DNA from: Sporopachydermia quercuum
Lineage: Eukaryota
Assembly: GCA_001599295.1 (NCBI GenBank)
Contig: BCGN01000010.1
Location: 186,001 to 250,000 of the forward strand
DNA: 64,000 nucleotides
Direction of reading: 5' to 3'
Below, one piece after another: positions 25,201-36,305 of the stretch. The notes beneath the pieces were generated by a model. It was not told the DNA's origin and did not search any database. It worked only from the letters and a program-made list of their open reading frames with translations. A program made the position numbers and the translations under genes. Positions within the stretch are counted from its first letter, which is position 1; the number at the start of each line of letters is the position of its first letter.

Positions 25201-27347
25201 GAGCCCAGTAGGCCTATTATGTTATCCGCAGAGTTGCTGTAGATAGTATTAATGCTGTTTGCTATAGTGCTGACACTCATAACGGTACTGTTTCCTGCCG
25301 ATGGCTCATTCAACCGTTGGCTGGCCTGCTGAGCTTGCTGGGCCTGCTGGGCCATCTGGGGAACCAACGTAGTAAACAACAGTCTTATAACGTTAGCTCT
25401 CTTCCTATGAAACCCAAGCAAATCATACACACTGGCCATGCAACAGTAGATATCGCATTTCATTTCAATAGTTAGTAATTCATTAGGAAATTGAGCTGTA
25501 AATAGTAAACTCACTATTGAAGACACCGAGAACTTGTTGATCAGCGCTGGAGGCTCATTAATAGCTTTTGGCAGCTGTTTCACCAGTGGGGAGTTGGTGA
25601 TAATTGAATCGAGAAAAATTGGAGTTAAGATGTTGCCGGAAAGAAATAGCAGGGTCAAAAATTTGGCTAGTTTAAGGACCAGAAACGCACAGATCTGGAT
25701 GCAGACGATGGATTCCTCATCATTTGAAGGTAATTGGGACCCAATTGAGGTCAAAAGGTTATAAATATGGTAGATATGGCTCTGGATCAAGTCGTGAATC
25801 AGCTCAAAGGAATAATCCGAGTTGTTTTCTGTTCTTCCTGGCGACATTGGACGCTCGCTGCTTAAAACGTTAAGCTGGGATGAGCCGAATGAGTCCGCCG
25901 TGGTAAACGAGTTTCGCGGGGTAGAATTATAGCTTGGGACGAGCGTTGCAGTAGATCCTGTGGTAGATCCTGAGATGGAAACAGAGCCGGATGGCGCTGG
26001 CGACCCCGCGGTGGAGCTTTTCGTACGAAAAAGCTTGTTAAGGCCAGTGGTAGGTTTTTCTTTCTCCTCCTCCACCAACAGAACCTTTGGCACGGAAACA
26101 GGCTGGCCAATGTATAATAGCAGTAAAGAGGAGACAATGAAGCTGTCAATGGCGCTGGCGAGGATTGCTGAGTCTAAAGCAGTGCCATAATTGCTTGTCA
26201 CAATCGACGGGATAGAATTTACACCAGTAGATCCAGTGGAAGCTGAATTGGAGTTGCTACTAGTGGTAGGGAAGCCGGACACGGTTTCCCAACTGGGACA
26301 GTTCATGCCAAGAATTACACCCGCGGAACGGAATAATGAAATGGATTCCAGGAATTCTTCTTTTGCTTGGGCGTAGTGGCCTGCTAGCAGGAAGCAAGAA
26401 GCTCGGAAACGGGCTTTTCGAGCTTTAGAGATTATCTCACGGCGTTCTGAAGATGATAAATGCTGGACTTTCATCAAACTATTCAAGGAGTCAACAGAAA
26501 TTCCGGGACGCGTGCTCAGATTTACACCAGAGTTTCCAGAGGTGTTGCCCGATGTATTGCTGCTCCCAGAGGTCCCGCTAGAAGACGTACCAATAGAAAT
26601 AGACCCCCCGGAAAGCATCCGCGACAGACGTCTGCTGTTGGAGCGTTTGGGTAGCGAACTAGTCCCGTTGCCCAGAAATTTATAGGGCTTGGAACCATTT
26701 GGCGAAACGTTTAGAACAGACGATGTGATTCGCGTGGTGGTGCAGTAAACAGCTAGTTCTGCGAGAAACTCCGTTGACACGTCACACATCACCATTTCCA
26801 GTGAGGTGATATTAGATTCCGTAGTAGAAGGTATATACAAACAGTGAGGAAGCTGCAGAGTAGATATTTTACTCTTTGGAGTATCAAAAACAAGTATTTT
26901 ATGCACAATTGCCAACGGGAACTTCCCCCGCAGTTTGCTCATTGAGGACTCAATCATTTCGACAGATATATTGTTCTCATACTTGGTGATACCCAGTACA
27001 CATAGAGTTCTCTGGCTTGGATCTAATTCACTGTAGGCATAGGAGATAGTTTCCGGTTGAGAAGAAATGCGGAAATTATATAGGATTCTGCCGCTGGGGA
27101 AACTATTTGGCGCAAACAGGTTTCTCTCTGGTCTTTTGTCAGGGGTCACATCGCCAAGCCGAACTTGGTAAGCAGGAAGGATTCTTGCTACAAAGGCATC
27201 GAAATCAGATTTTTTCAGAGCGTTTGGGGTCGTGGGACACAGAACTGTTTTCACTCTAGCTGGATTAACAAAGGAATAGTTATCCACAGCTTTTGCCGAT
27301 GATTTTGAAGAGGAAGGCATTTTGAGGAAATAGCGAGAAGAGTCCAT
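22287..27347 (-). CDS. TRS120: TRAPPII complex subunit Trs120 (TRAPPC9)
   Basis: YSFVNPARV, VRLGDVTPD..FAPNSFPSGRILYNF, LGFHRKRA, YWDPYVVR, IYNPF, LQNPFGF, LLEGQ, FLEKGEYEWG; near ADE8 as in S. cerevisiae. Confidence 0.9.
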   Translation of the reverse strand: MDSSRYFLKMPSSSKSSAKAVDNYSFVNPARVKTVLCPTTPNALKKSDFDAFVARILPAYQVRLGDVTPDKRPERNLFAPNSFPSGRILYNFRISSQPETISYAYSELDPSQRTLCVLGITKYENNISVEMIESSMSKLRGKFPLAIVHKILVFDTPKSKISTLQLPHCLYIPSTTESNITSLEMVMCDVSTEFLAELAVYCTTTRITSSVLNVSPNGSKPYKFLGNGTSSLPKRSNSRRLSRMLSGGSISIGTSSSGTSGSSNTSGNTSGNSGVNLSTRPGISVDSLNSLMKVQHLSSSERREIISKARKARFRASCFLLAGHYAQAKEEFLESISLFRSAGVILGMNCPSWETVSGFPTTSSNSNSASTGSTGVNSIPSIVTSNYGTALDSAILASAIDSFIVSSLLLLYIGQPVSVPKVLLVEEEKEKPTTGLNKLFRTKSSTAGSPAPSGSVSISGSTTGSTATLVPSYNSTPRNSFTTADSFGSSQLNVLSSERPMSPGRTENNSDYSFELIHDLIQSHIYHIYNLLTSIGSQLPSNDEESIVCIQICAFLVLKLAKFLTLLFLSGNILTPIFLDSIITNSPLVKQLPKAINEPPALINKFSVSSIVSLLFTAQFPNELLTIEMKCDIYCCMASVYDLLGFHRKRANVIRLLFTTLVPQMAQQAQQAQQASQRLNEPSAGNSTVMSVSTIANSINTIYSNSADNIIGLLGSDSQQTFHEFLQETLSVYGIGDIYERVDRISSNSSDDSDSKTVVVAHYKANVPKWRTIQRNILMLVLNLCTKIKDSGTVIKLACYMLYSLSDTLTKEYQLTLYQMINESLKRIHLSPDNRNNSNGNNGTRNGDRTSSGSSAIDTFPQFIYWDPYVVRNINKANHNNWVQTKLKKLKQGIKNNDEDVLIYNPFETKEPKTHSVEKLLIQNEDVEFIVSLQNPFGFGITVNSIDLVTDSSREVCDVLGIEGAVSGKPRILLETNSSARFAHISPFSVTDVSVNVRPQGYGKTLIIGCVLDIAGLGKQFFPLVASVLGISHFLSEKVKKIGGFALFSNRSYFGPLSVKGKASELPATGDLTDLATHPGAKCKFLSFEVIPSQPLISVSDVSLNQGWLMLLEGQTTIFSVSLINTSDIIDANYIEISVLDSTEEPLTAXLLQDGAGSTLPPNEVFELEYFLLRKQAVKLRPNSKPFSHLNRKQKKTLEFEVLGKRGMNHATIKFQYGHLIDPGDASLFTRSFSIPVNITVHSSIELTGCDIIPLSGKILKSVDVFVDQNSSGKALKVDPSYGRLAHFLQELAHNTEKITDYCLLVLDLRNSWGKSMKVKLEMSTTPFTTDEYDCEINSAVKRSFAVESLIPSKVSKRFLLPVKRINFPHGFSLKPVPSLRPKAKKMAASGVSGGYSLEEMKTIREAFWYRRELLRHIKGEWEEVESSSKDGSSRKGYVELRGIRLSTSMISVLQVENIGIELSLTDCVLGVNKGENSKDEKICEAVDSTKSLLENRGSHWNVAVDEFVNLKAVIINRTNRPIKGMLRHIPLLRSRTIGQIKGNSNANIPGYNNNXNSNIGNRISSSYVNLNNEGSTNNDAGSSNLNITVNDTSGVLAADRKIFFDGVLQRSIYPPIEPGESLTLDIGVVFLEKGEYEWGSMFQEIVDPVDSDVEELRYGMKASDGVFTLPPSVVIQREPLHIVVL

Positions 27348-29432
27348 GCAAGGAGAAATATATGTATTGACTGATACGAGCTATAGGCAGCAGCATCAAT
27401 GAGTGGAAATAGGAAATGGCCGTTGATTGAAATTCCAAGTTTGCAATTAGAGCATTATAGAGCGCAAAATGAACTATTGAGAGGAATTGGTTGCGTAAAA
27501 GTTGTAGATGTATGAGAAAATGAGCGTGGCAGCAGCTGTAAGCTAAGCGCTGGGATTAGTGTGTGAAGGATACCTGGCAGTTGGAGTAACGGGAGAATGC
27601 AAAAGGTCAGATTTCAGCGTTATTAACAGATATTTGGTTTGCAGACTATTATCGGTAGCTGGTTACTAGATTCTGCTGCTGATATTATATATTCTTTAGA
27701 GAATGGTTATGAACAGTGGGATAAGGATCGTATGGTATTTAGTGTAATGGTTGAGCATATGCATTGGCGATAGATGCGATGCACTGAGGGGTCAGGCTTG
27801 AGCTGGAAATACACATTTGATCAATTCACAAATCTACCGCTTTCGACAACAGGATTGCCGCTAATTGGTAGAGAAATAGCTATCTCTTTGATCAATCAGT
27901 TTAGTCTTCTTCCAGCACGGTTAGCGCTGAAGGGCACAACGCTCAGTTGATGAATTGCAATTTGCGTTAGTGAAAATGAGGTGAGACGCGAGAAGTTTCA
28001 CGTGATATGTAATTTAATATTTCGGAATTAATGTAGATAATAGCGGATATTATGATGTAGGAGGACAGAGGGTAAACTTTAATCAAGTATTGCTTCTTTC
28101 TCAGTCGTGTACTTAAGGGCTGTAGTGAAACATATGATAGGAATTGTGGGAGTGATGATGTTTTTCTCTTACGAGGGAGAATGTATAGGAATCAGTAACA
28201 TAATAAGTTACTATGATTCGATGGAAGAAAACTTCAATAAATACAGTAAGTTCTCTCAAAGAAATGGTTCAAATATTCACTTCTCCTGTTCCTCGTTGTA
28301 TATAGATTACGTTCCGTTGTGTGATACTCTTCNTGATCCTTATATTCTGATCAAAGCTGTTGCAGTCCATATGTGAGGTACTTTCTTATTAGCCTTCACT
28401 ACAATAATTAAAGCATTGGGAATTGAGTGCATAAAAAAAAGAAACAACAATTCAAATATAATACAACCGAAATAAATTACCATTCATAAGTATTAAATTA
28501 TAGAGCTTTCAGTATCCTAAAAGACAATTTTCAATCTTATATGCTACTTTTCTTCTGAAAGTTCTATTATTTAATGTACAGCCTTGATACCGCCCCATAC
28601 TTCATCGATATTCATACTCTCTCCGCCTCAAACCAACCCCGATCATGCCTTGTATCTTAATCTGATCAAGAACAAATAAATGCCTACTGAACGCCGACTA
28701 TAAACGACAACAACTATATACTACTTCTACACTACTCCTCGTACCATCTACGAGTATCTACATTTAATTGATACCATTTCACAATTTATGTAACGAAACA
28801 AGCTNCCTATCATTCTCCCAATTTGCTTTTCAGTTGCCCACTCCACAAACAATAACGAAAGTGTCCACAGAAGGTTGTCTTATGTACAGCCCATTTATTT
28901 AGTAAAGTTTCAACTAAATTTCACTAAACCAATATAATTTCATTCACTTCTTGTATCTCCTTACTGAAAAGGGAAATTCTCGCCAAAAAACCTTTGAACC
29001 TCATTTTATGATGTAAACAGACTTCCTTAATTGTTTTCTTCAGCTTTTTTTTTCTTCGTTTGTTTGTTTTCGGTTGTTCTTATTATCCAATCAAAGGTTG
29101 AAAGACTGTTGGAGGAATTGTATAAAGAACAACAGGAATTGACGGTATAAATACGGTTTGAATTGATTGACTTAAAGCTCGCTGAAGGAAATAATTGATT
29201 GCTAGATTTCTGCTAACAGTTTGGCTATTAGTTTACTCATTTCAACCATATAAGCTGGAAGAGCCATCATCGTCACCAATATCAATCGATTATGAGTAGC
29301 ATCTGGTTGAGAACGCATTTCTATCTTCGAAACGACCTGTTTTCAGCTGAAAATTAAGTATCGACAAATTCCGCACATTTATTGCTATATAGCAAACCAA
29401 ATTCAACTCTCTGACGCTACACTATTGCTACA

Positions 29433-31100
29433 ATGGCTAACTACCAACCGTCTCCTGGATATGCTCCACCAGAGAACGATCCTTACCAATATCAGTACCA
29501 GAATCCGTACCAACCGCAACCGCATCCACAACAGCAACAGCAACCGGATCAATACTACAGTCAGCCACAGCACCATTGGGACCAGCAAAACCATGGTTTT
29601 GCTGGTCCAGATATTGAAAAGCCACCTGAGATTCCTGACCACAAACCGGATCCCTCAGCAGAAACGTTCGACGAAGCGTTCAAAGTCCAGAAGCCGAAAT
29701 TCAATGATTGGTGGGCAACGATCCTGTTTTTGTTGTTTGTAGCTGCCTTCATTGCTCTGGCTGTCATTGGTATTAATGCTTATAGAGAAACACATTCCTA
29801 CCAAGGCGATGGCATCTATGGCTCCAGCAATACTTCTACGCTCAACACCAGCACTATCATCTTATTGGTATTTGTAGGTGTAATTTCATTTGCCTTTTCC
29901 TTGTTAATGTTGGTGATAGCTCGAGCATGGCCTTACGGATTTATTGTTATTTGTCTATTTGGCAATGTATGTTTGGGCATTGCCATTGCCGTTTGGTACT
30001 TTACTTCGGGATTCATTGTAGGAGGGGTCATTTTCCTTGTCATTGCAGTGTTCAGTGCTTTCTGCTATTATTCCATGCGGTCAAGAATCCCCTTTTCTGT
30101 AGCAGTTCTGAAAACAGTTGTCGATTGTATGAGAACTTGCAAATCTGTATATTTCACAGCATTCATTGGCGGAATTGTTTCTTTGGCATTCACTGTGCTC
30201 CTCTCAATTGCAATTGTTGGATTATACATCAAATACGACCCATACGAGAATAATCCAGGCTGTGATGTCGGAGGAGGATCTTGTAGCTCCAGCAAGCTTA
30301 CAGGATTGCTTATTCTATTGTTTTTTTGTGGATTCTTTATTTCTGAAGTCATCATGAACGTCATTCATGTAACGATTTCTGGTATCTATGGGGTTTGGTA
30401 CTATTGTTCAAAATCCGACCAGGGAATGCCCAAATGGCCTGCGCTTGGCTCTTTAAAAAGGGCTATGACATATTCATTTGGGTCTGTTTGCTTTGGGTCG
30501 TTTTTAGTTTCGATCATCAAGCTGATCAGGCTTTTAGTCAACGTGGCAAGAAATTCAGCTGCCCAAGATGGAAATTTCTGCGCTAGTTTCTGTTTGCTCT
30601 TCGTTGAGTGCATTATCTCATGCATCGATTGGGCTCTACGTTATTTCAATCATTATGCTTACTCTTATATTGCGTTGTATGGCAAAGCGTATATTCCTTC
30701 AGCAAAGGATACCTGGTCAATATTAAAATACAAGGGAATTGATGCCCTTATAAATGACTGTTTCATCGATACAGCATTATCTTTTGCATCCGTTTTAATT
30801 GGATTCCTTGCTGGCCTGTTTGCCTATTTATACTTACACTTCACCAAACCCGAGTATAACGATGGAGGAACTTACAACGTTGCAGTGATAGCGTTTTCGT
30901 TTCTAATAGCAGTACAGTTCTGTCGTATGGTTACCGTATCAGTTTTGAGTGGAACCTCAACGTTTTTCATTGCTTTGGCAATGGATCCTGAGGTGTTTCG
31001 ACTGTCGTATCCCGATAGATTCAATGAGATTTTCAGGGCATATCCTGAAGTATTGCAACGAGTGCTTACCAGTGCTCATGCAGATCGAGGAACTGTATAA
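29433..31100 (+). CDS. PNS1: Choline-transporter-like plasma membrane protein
   Basis: P/Q-rich N-terminus, FDEAFKVQKPKFND, multiple TM helices, RAMTYSFGSVCFGS, YFNHYAYSYIALYGKAY, GIDALINDC. Confidence 0.95.
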   Translation: MANYQPSPGYAPPENDPYQYQYQNPYQPQPHPQQQQQPDQYYSQPQHHWDQQNHGFAGPDIEKPPEIPDHKPDPSAETFDEAFKVQKPKFNDWWATILFLLFVAAFIALAVIGINAYRETHSYQGDGIYGSSNTSTLNTSTIILLVFVGVISFAFSLLMLVIARAWPYGFIVICLFGNVCLGIAIAVWYFTSGFIVGGVIFLVIAVFSAFCYYSMRSRIPFSVAVLKTVVDCMRTCKSVYFTAFIGGIVSLAFTVLLSIAIVGLYIKYDPYENNPGCDVGGGSCSSSKLTGLLILLFFCGFFISEVIMNVIHVTISGIYGVWYYCSKSDQGMPKWPALGSLKRAMTYSFGSVCFGSFLVSIIKLIRLLVNVARNSAAQDGNFCASFCLLFVECIISCIDWALRYFNHYAYSYIALYGKAYIPSAKDTWSILKYKGIDALINDCFIDTALSFASVLIGFLAGLFAYLYLHFTKPEYNDGGTYNVAVIAFSFLIAVQFCRMVTVSVLSGTSTFFIALAMDPEVFRLSYPDRFNEIFRAYPEVLQRVLTSAHADRGTV

Positions 31101-31181
31101 GTGTGAGAATGGGATGGAATAACTGAGAATGTAAAGATCTAATTAATAATTACTAATAATAGTCATGAGACTGTAATAACT

Positions 31182-31247
31182 GGTAAACATAAGGTAAACA
31201 TAAGGTAAACATAAGGCAAGCATAAGGTTAGCAGAAGGTAAACGTAA
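31182..31247. repeat. 11-bp minisatellite (GGTAAACATAA), about 6 copies, downstream of PNS1
   Basis: Three perfect units followed by three progressively degenerate ones. Confidence 0.85.
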
Positions 31248-32384
31248 ATGCTTGTTACAATTTAAGAGCCGTAAAACTTTTGAACTAAGAACGGGTAGCC
31301 CTTAAATTATTTCATTGGAAATATTATGAATATTATTATTATTATTGAACCTCCATTTTGATAGCTATCGAAATGACTGATATCATTATTACTAGAGAAA
31401 TATACAGCATTTAGCATGAATCATAAGCATTAATATACAGATAGAACAGAATAAATTGACTGACCTCCTTGCATTTCAATGGGTTGATGAGTTCAATAGT
31501 TGACATTAATTAACATTAATATCAGTAATTAGACTGAAAAATAATGAGAATGCTCAAATCAGTCTCTTTTGATCTTTCATTTTATTCCTGTTGATACCTG
31601 TTAGGATATTTCCTTTTCGGTTGAGCACTATATATGTCTCGCTAAATACCCCCTTTAAATTATTCAGCTGACAAAAACTATGCCTCGACATAAAATACCA
31701 AAATGGAATTATTGTGAATATGTTTGCTTACATTAATTCCTTGTATGGCGCAGTATTTATTAAACGGTATTGATTACTACCGGCTTCAATTTCTGCATAA
31801 ATTCGGTTTCTTCTATATTAATTCACGATTTCATATAAATACCAGTAATCTTNGATTGTTGGACAATAAGGTAAATGATAATATATCCAATAGATATATC
31901 AAACTACTCAACAATATTTATTAGGTCTTAGGGCTTGAAGTTCTATAATTCAAAAACGTTCTTCCTGGAATTAGTTTGGGAGTAGGTTGTGCTGAAGGCG
32001 ATCGTGACAACTCCAATTTGAAATAAACGCGGGCATTCAAACTGTAAATGTTCTCTAAGCCTGCGCGTGTGCATTCAACCTAACATCAGCTACATTTACA
32101 TTATTCTTGAACCGAACTGTTCACTAGTATCACATCAATATATTTGCATCGTTCATAGTATGTGTTCCTGAAAGAACTTACTTTCAGTCTCAATGTCAGT
32201 GTCAGTTTCAGTCGCATCAACCACATTGCTATCGTTGCATGGATTCCATCAGCATATTTCAATCATATTCATATTTTATCGCTACTTATCCTTTCTCGAT
32301 TAACAATACATTAATTTCATTTATCATTCTTCTTCTTCTGATTTTGCTTGATTACTGAATGAACCACTATAAATGCCATCTTTT

Positions 32385-35300
32385 CTATTTATACTTAAAC
32401 ATCACTCTGTCTCCGTTGGCTCCTCCATTACCTTCTCCAGCACTAAATTGGCTTCTAGGCGTGATATTCTTCCTGCTATAATAAGCAATAAAATCCTTCA
32501 CCGCAGTTTTGATCCTCCGGAAATCATTAGAGCCTAACGCTCCATCAATAGTCTTCAATAGCTTATTTTCTTCTTTCTCATTCACTGTTCCTACTGGCAA
32601 TGAGTCTATTGCTGTTTTAGTCCATGTCAAGACCATTCTTCTTTCCTGGAGAACGTCTGATTCTTGCCCATCAATATGTCCCACTGCTAGTTTTATTGCC
32701 CGCATCATTAGATCGCTGCCTTCCGGTTGGGCGTCTCTGGGGAAAGTGAATATCATCCCGTGCAAGCATCGTAGCAGCAATTCTGGCCCGTGCTCTGAAT
32801 TAAATCTTGCCAATGCACGTCTAATTTCCAGTGGAGTAGTGATCATGGATGGTAGTGAAACAGGGGGAGTTTCCTCGCTCCAGGAAAGCAAATCGTTCAA
32901 GAATCGTACAACAGCCAACACCGGATCTAGCGTTGGAACAGTCAAGCCAAGCATTGCTACTTGGAACGTTGGAGTGAGGAGATCGCTAAGGATGAGTTTC
33001 AATGGGAAAAACGATAGAATGTCATACATCATCCGAAAGAAATCTTCTAGGAGATCTTCTATATCGGAGGGAGTTTTCCCTCCTTGCTCTTGGGCCAATG
33101 CTGCCTGGAAAAATGTAAAAAATTCTTCCATTTGAGCCCTGGCGAATTGCCAAACTGCTTCCCGCGTGGTCTCTTCATACAATGCATCGTCCGAGTACCT
33201 ATTCACCAGATTCCCACTGACCCACAGATAGCATCCTTGGTGTGTATATTTGAAGCCTTCTGATAGTAGGTTGGCGAAGTTTCCGACTTGTGAGAGTAAT
33301 TCTCTTGAAAAAGAATTCATTAGAGTTTTTAGGAGTTTCAAGCTTCTTTCTGATACTATTGACGAGTTACCGTATAGTTGAACTAGTGATTGGATCAACG
33401 ACCAGACTCTGGTGAGAAAAACGTACATTACTTCCAATGGACTGCCATTGGAACTACTGTTGCTGTTATTGCTATTGTTGTTGCTGTTGATGCCAATGCT
33501 ACTGGTGTTGCCAGGGTCTTCCAATAAGTCGGCTCTAATAGTACGGAAGACGATTGTTAGCAGTTCAAGATCATCGGCAAGCGTGACGTACAATTCCTGA
33601 GTGCCAGGAGACTTGTGGGCGACATAGGACTCTAACTTCTGGACAATGGGCGTCAGGAAGGCAATTGTCTTGCTGCAGACTTCACCTGGTTCGTAAATGG
33701 CACTTAGAACATAAGCAATGCCCTCAGTCACCTCGTACAGAGAATCCACCGGTAGAGAATGGGCAACCTGTTGGAAAAAATCCATCAACTGTTCAATATA
33801 TGCTGTGAGAAGTTGACAACAGTCCTGGCAGAAATACATCAATGCCTGGGCGCTGGCTTTCATAATCTCCTGTGTAGTGTTTTCTCTAAAGCCACTGGTT
33901 ATATAGCTTAGTTGCAGTTCCAGGTATTCTGGGTGACGGGCTGTCCATTCCGTGTACCTTCCAAGGACCAGAATTGCTGCGTAGCGGATTTTCTGGTGCT
34001 GGGGGAGTTGAACTATTAGGTTCATTAATAGGGGCATTATTCTGTTCTCTTCCAGGTCGACCTCACGGGCCATAGTGCGCATGCTGAACAAAGGAGCCTC
34101 GATACGTTGCCATGGGATAGCTTCTCTATTGGAGTTCTCCGTTAAAGCACTGTTGAGCTTATCGTAGGGGATTTCTAGTGCTGATGATGATCCTAGGACA
34201 CAGCAACAGTCTTTCAGCACATCTCCCATTTCATAGCGAAACTCTTTGAACTTATCTTCCTGTTCGGAGTTCTCAAACAGGTTTGAAAAGTCTCCGGATG
34301 GCTCCTGTGCTGTTGGATACTGCATTAGTTCAATCATAAGTTCAACCAAACGATGATATGTACCCTGGAACTCTTGCTGAGCTGCATGGTACTTTTCCAA
34401 CGTAACGACGTTCTGTAGAAGGTACCAGAAGTAAAACGTGTACTTTGCAATGTCTAAATCCTCCTTGTAGCAGGTACATTCTAGCAGGGTTTCCACCAAA
34501 GGCTTGAAATCGGTTGGATATTTCGCAATTAGCATATACCAAGCTTCGCCTGCTTCTACAAACATTCGGGTCAGGCCATTAATGATTTCTGGGTCATCGC
34601 GGTATTCTGATAGCCATGGGCGAAGTTCAATGATTTTGGCAAACAGAAGTTGTATGATTTGAAGGCCTTCTGACGAGGAGTCGTCTTTTGTTTCTTTGAT
34701 GATGGAGCATACGCAGTCCACGGCAGCATCGAATGTTGCTGGGTCTTTCAAAGCGGTAAACAGGCCATTTGTGATATCTTTACTGGATAGAACGTCCTGT
34801 AAACGCATTTCGTTGATCCACGAGTTCAAACAATCGTAAATAAGCCCAATTTGCATGGGAGTGGTAGCGGACGCCACACAGGATGATAAGATATACAAAA
34901 CCGTGGCAGTGTTATTGCCAATGAGTTCCTGGACACGCTGGTAATATTCATCATCAAGAGACTGTGATTTACGGATATCTGACACTTCCTCCGGTAGAAT
35001 TTTCAAAAATTCCAGCACCGAAGGCAAGTTTGCAGAGTCCTGTGAAAGATTGTCGAGTATTTCCTGCACTGGGTTTTCCCATTGTACAAATTGGAGAGCT
35101 AAAATGGCCAAACAGCAACTCAGCTGGATTCTCACGATACGCACGTTGTTATATGTGATAAGAAACAAAATCAAAGACTCCTTTAAAGGTATCAGGGAGT
35201 CTCTGGGAACCTGAGGCAAGTCATAGATAATTTTGCTTCTGAGAGTTTGGGCAGCAAACAATTTGATCTCTAATGAAAGTGCGTTACTGGAAGGCTCGTT

Positions 35301-35501
35301 GGAACTAGGAGGCACCGGTGGTGCAGTTTCCTGGCTCAGAATGTAGTGGCATACAGACCAAGCAGCTGGGGATTTCTGAAAAGCTTCTAGATAAGACGCA
35401 GCTTGTCCTTTTTGATCTTTATCTGAAAGGCTTGACAGAATATGCAAAGCAGTTACCACTTGTTGGAGCTCTTGTTTTTCTACTTCTCCTAACGATGACA
35501 T
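32385..35501 (-). CDS. MTR10: Importin-beta family nuclear import receptor (transportin-SR)
   Basis: YLEAFQKSPAAW, LFAAQTLRSKIIYDL, LEFLKILPEE, EDKFKEFRYEMGDVLKDCC, WQRIEAPLFSMR, LGRYTEWT. Confidence 0.95.
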   Translation of the reverse strand: MSSLGEVEKQELQQVVTALHILSSLSDKDQKGQAASYLEAFQKSPAAWSVCHYILSQETAPPVPPSSNEPSSNALSLEIKLFAAQTLRSKIIYDLPQVPRDSLIPLKESLILFLITYNNVRIVRIQLSCCLAILALQFVQWENPVQEILDNLSQDSANLPSVLEFLKILPEEVSDIRKSQSLDDEYYQRVQELIGNNTATVLYILSSCVASATTPMQIGLIYDCLNSWINEMRLQDVLSSKDITNGLFTALKDPATFDAAVDCVCSIIKETKDDSSSEGLQIIQLLFAKIIELRPWLSEYRDDPEIINGLTRMFVEAGEAWYMLIAKYPTDFKPLVETLLECTCYKEDLDIAKYTFYFWYLLQNVVTLEKYHAAQQEFQGTYHRLVELMIELMQYPTAQEPSGDFSNLFENSEQEDKFKEFRYEMGDVLKDCCCVLGSSSALEIPYDKLNSALTENSNREAIPWQRIEAPLFSMRTMAREVDLEENRIMPLLMNLIVQLPQHQKIRYAAILVLGRYTEWTARHPEYLELQLSYITSGFRENTTQEIMKASAQALMYFCQDCCQLLTAYIEQLMDFFQQVAHSLPVDSLYEVTEGIAYVLSAIYEPGEVCSKTIAFLTPIVQKLESYVAHKSPGTQELYVTLADDLELLTIVFRTIRADLLEDPGNTSSIGINSNNNSNNSNSSSNGSPLEVMYVFLTRVWSLIQSLVQLYGNSSIVSERSLKLLKTLMNSFSRELLSQVGNFANLLSEGFKYTHQGCYLWVSGNLVNRYSDDALYEETTREAVWQFARAQMEEFFTFFQAALAQEQGGKTPSDIEDLLEDFFRMMYDILSFFPLKLILSDLLTPTFQVAMLGLTVPTLDPVLAVVRFLNDLLSWSEETPPVSLPSMITTPLEIRRALARFNSEHGPELLLRCLHGMIFTFPRDAQPEGSDLMMRAIKLAVGHIDGQESDVLQERRMVLTWTKTAIDSLPVGTVNEKEENKLLKTIDGALGSNDFRRIKTAVKDFIAYYSRKNITPRSQFSAGEGNGGANGDRVMFKYK

Positions 35502-36069
35502 TTGTAATGATTTAAATGATGACTGGTTCGCTGATTAGGGATTTGACTATGAAATCTGATGGCAAGCAAAAATTGGTGTAACGAAAGGAAATAGTACGTG
35601 GGCAGTTGACTGAAGGCTCTAGCTGCTAATGGATGTAGATTGGTTGTTTGCATGGGCAAAAAGGCAAAACACAGGTAAGTATGTATAACAGAAGGGCGAT
35701 TCGTCGGATTTTTATTGATTTAAAATCTGATAACTGTAATCCAGCTGACGTTTTCCTGCTCAATTTGATATAGATCTGTTCCGTTTGATCTTAGCTATCC
35801 TATTCATGGATTCTCTTTCACCAGTGGAGCGTTGCTGGCTTTAAGTGAATCCCAAACGCTATTCACTATCGTATTAACACTGCTGCAGCCAGGTTAACCA
35901 AAAATCGCCTACTGTGCAATGAAAAGAACGTATATAGTTGTTTATATATATATATCAATATTTGAAAAACCCCAGCAGTAATCAATTGTCAGTTTATTGA
36001 GTGTGATTCGTAGATGTGTATTCATTTATTCGTAAAATTTCACTGTTTGCGTTGTGACCAGATGGAGGG

Positions 36070-36077
36070 TTACCCGG
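36070..36077. promoter_or_regulatory. Reb1-type site TTACCCGG in the MTR10-SME1 divergent promoter
   Basis: Exact consensus match. Confidence 0.5.
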
Positions 36078-36305
36078 TGGAAAAGTTATTGCTCACGGAG
36101 GAGACGTGATGTGCATTTTTGTGGTAAAGAAAGGCCTGCAATGTAAATAAGCATCAAATTGAAAGAGTTTGATTGTGCAAGTTGGATTCATTATTGTATT
36201 ACTTGTTGCAAAAGTGAAATATTTTGTGAATGGGTAATTGGCAAAATAAGGCAATTATTTTCATAGAACTACATTAAAGACACTAGTCATATACATATAA
36301 ATAGA

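Noticed and set aside
29145..29231. Possible PNS1 5'-UTR intron (TGCTAAC..TAG)
   Set aside because: Only a weak GTATAA donor; cannot be supported without transcript data.
31182..31247. CRISPR-like array
   Set aside because: Tandem units without spacers, in a eukaryotic genome.
32509..33135. 208-aa antisense ORF inside MTR10 and similar antisense ORFs in TRS120, IDH2, PNS1 and RPB2
   Set aside because: Shadow frames of real CDS, mostly with non-ATG starts and no recognisable motifs.
35560..35682. Second ATACTTACCTG plus a downstream AATTTTTG on the minus strand
   Set aside because: Lacks U1 stem-loop I/II motifs and lies in the presumed MTR10 leader; likely chance.
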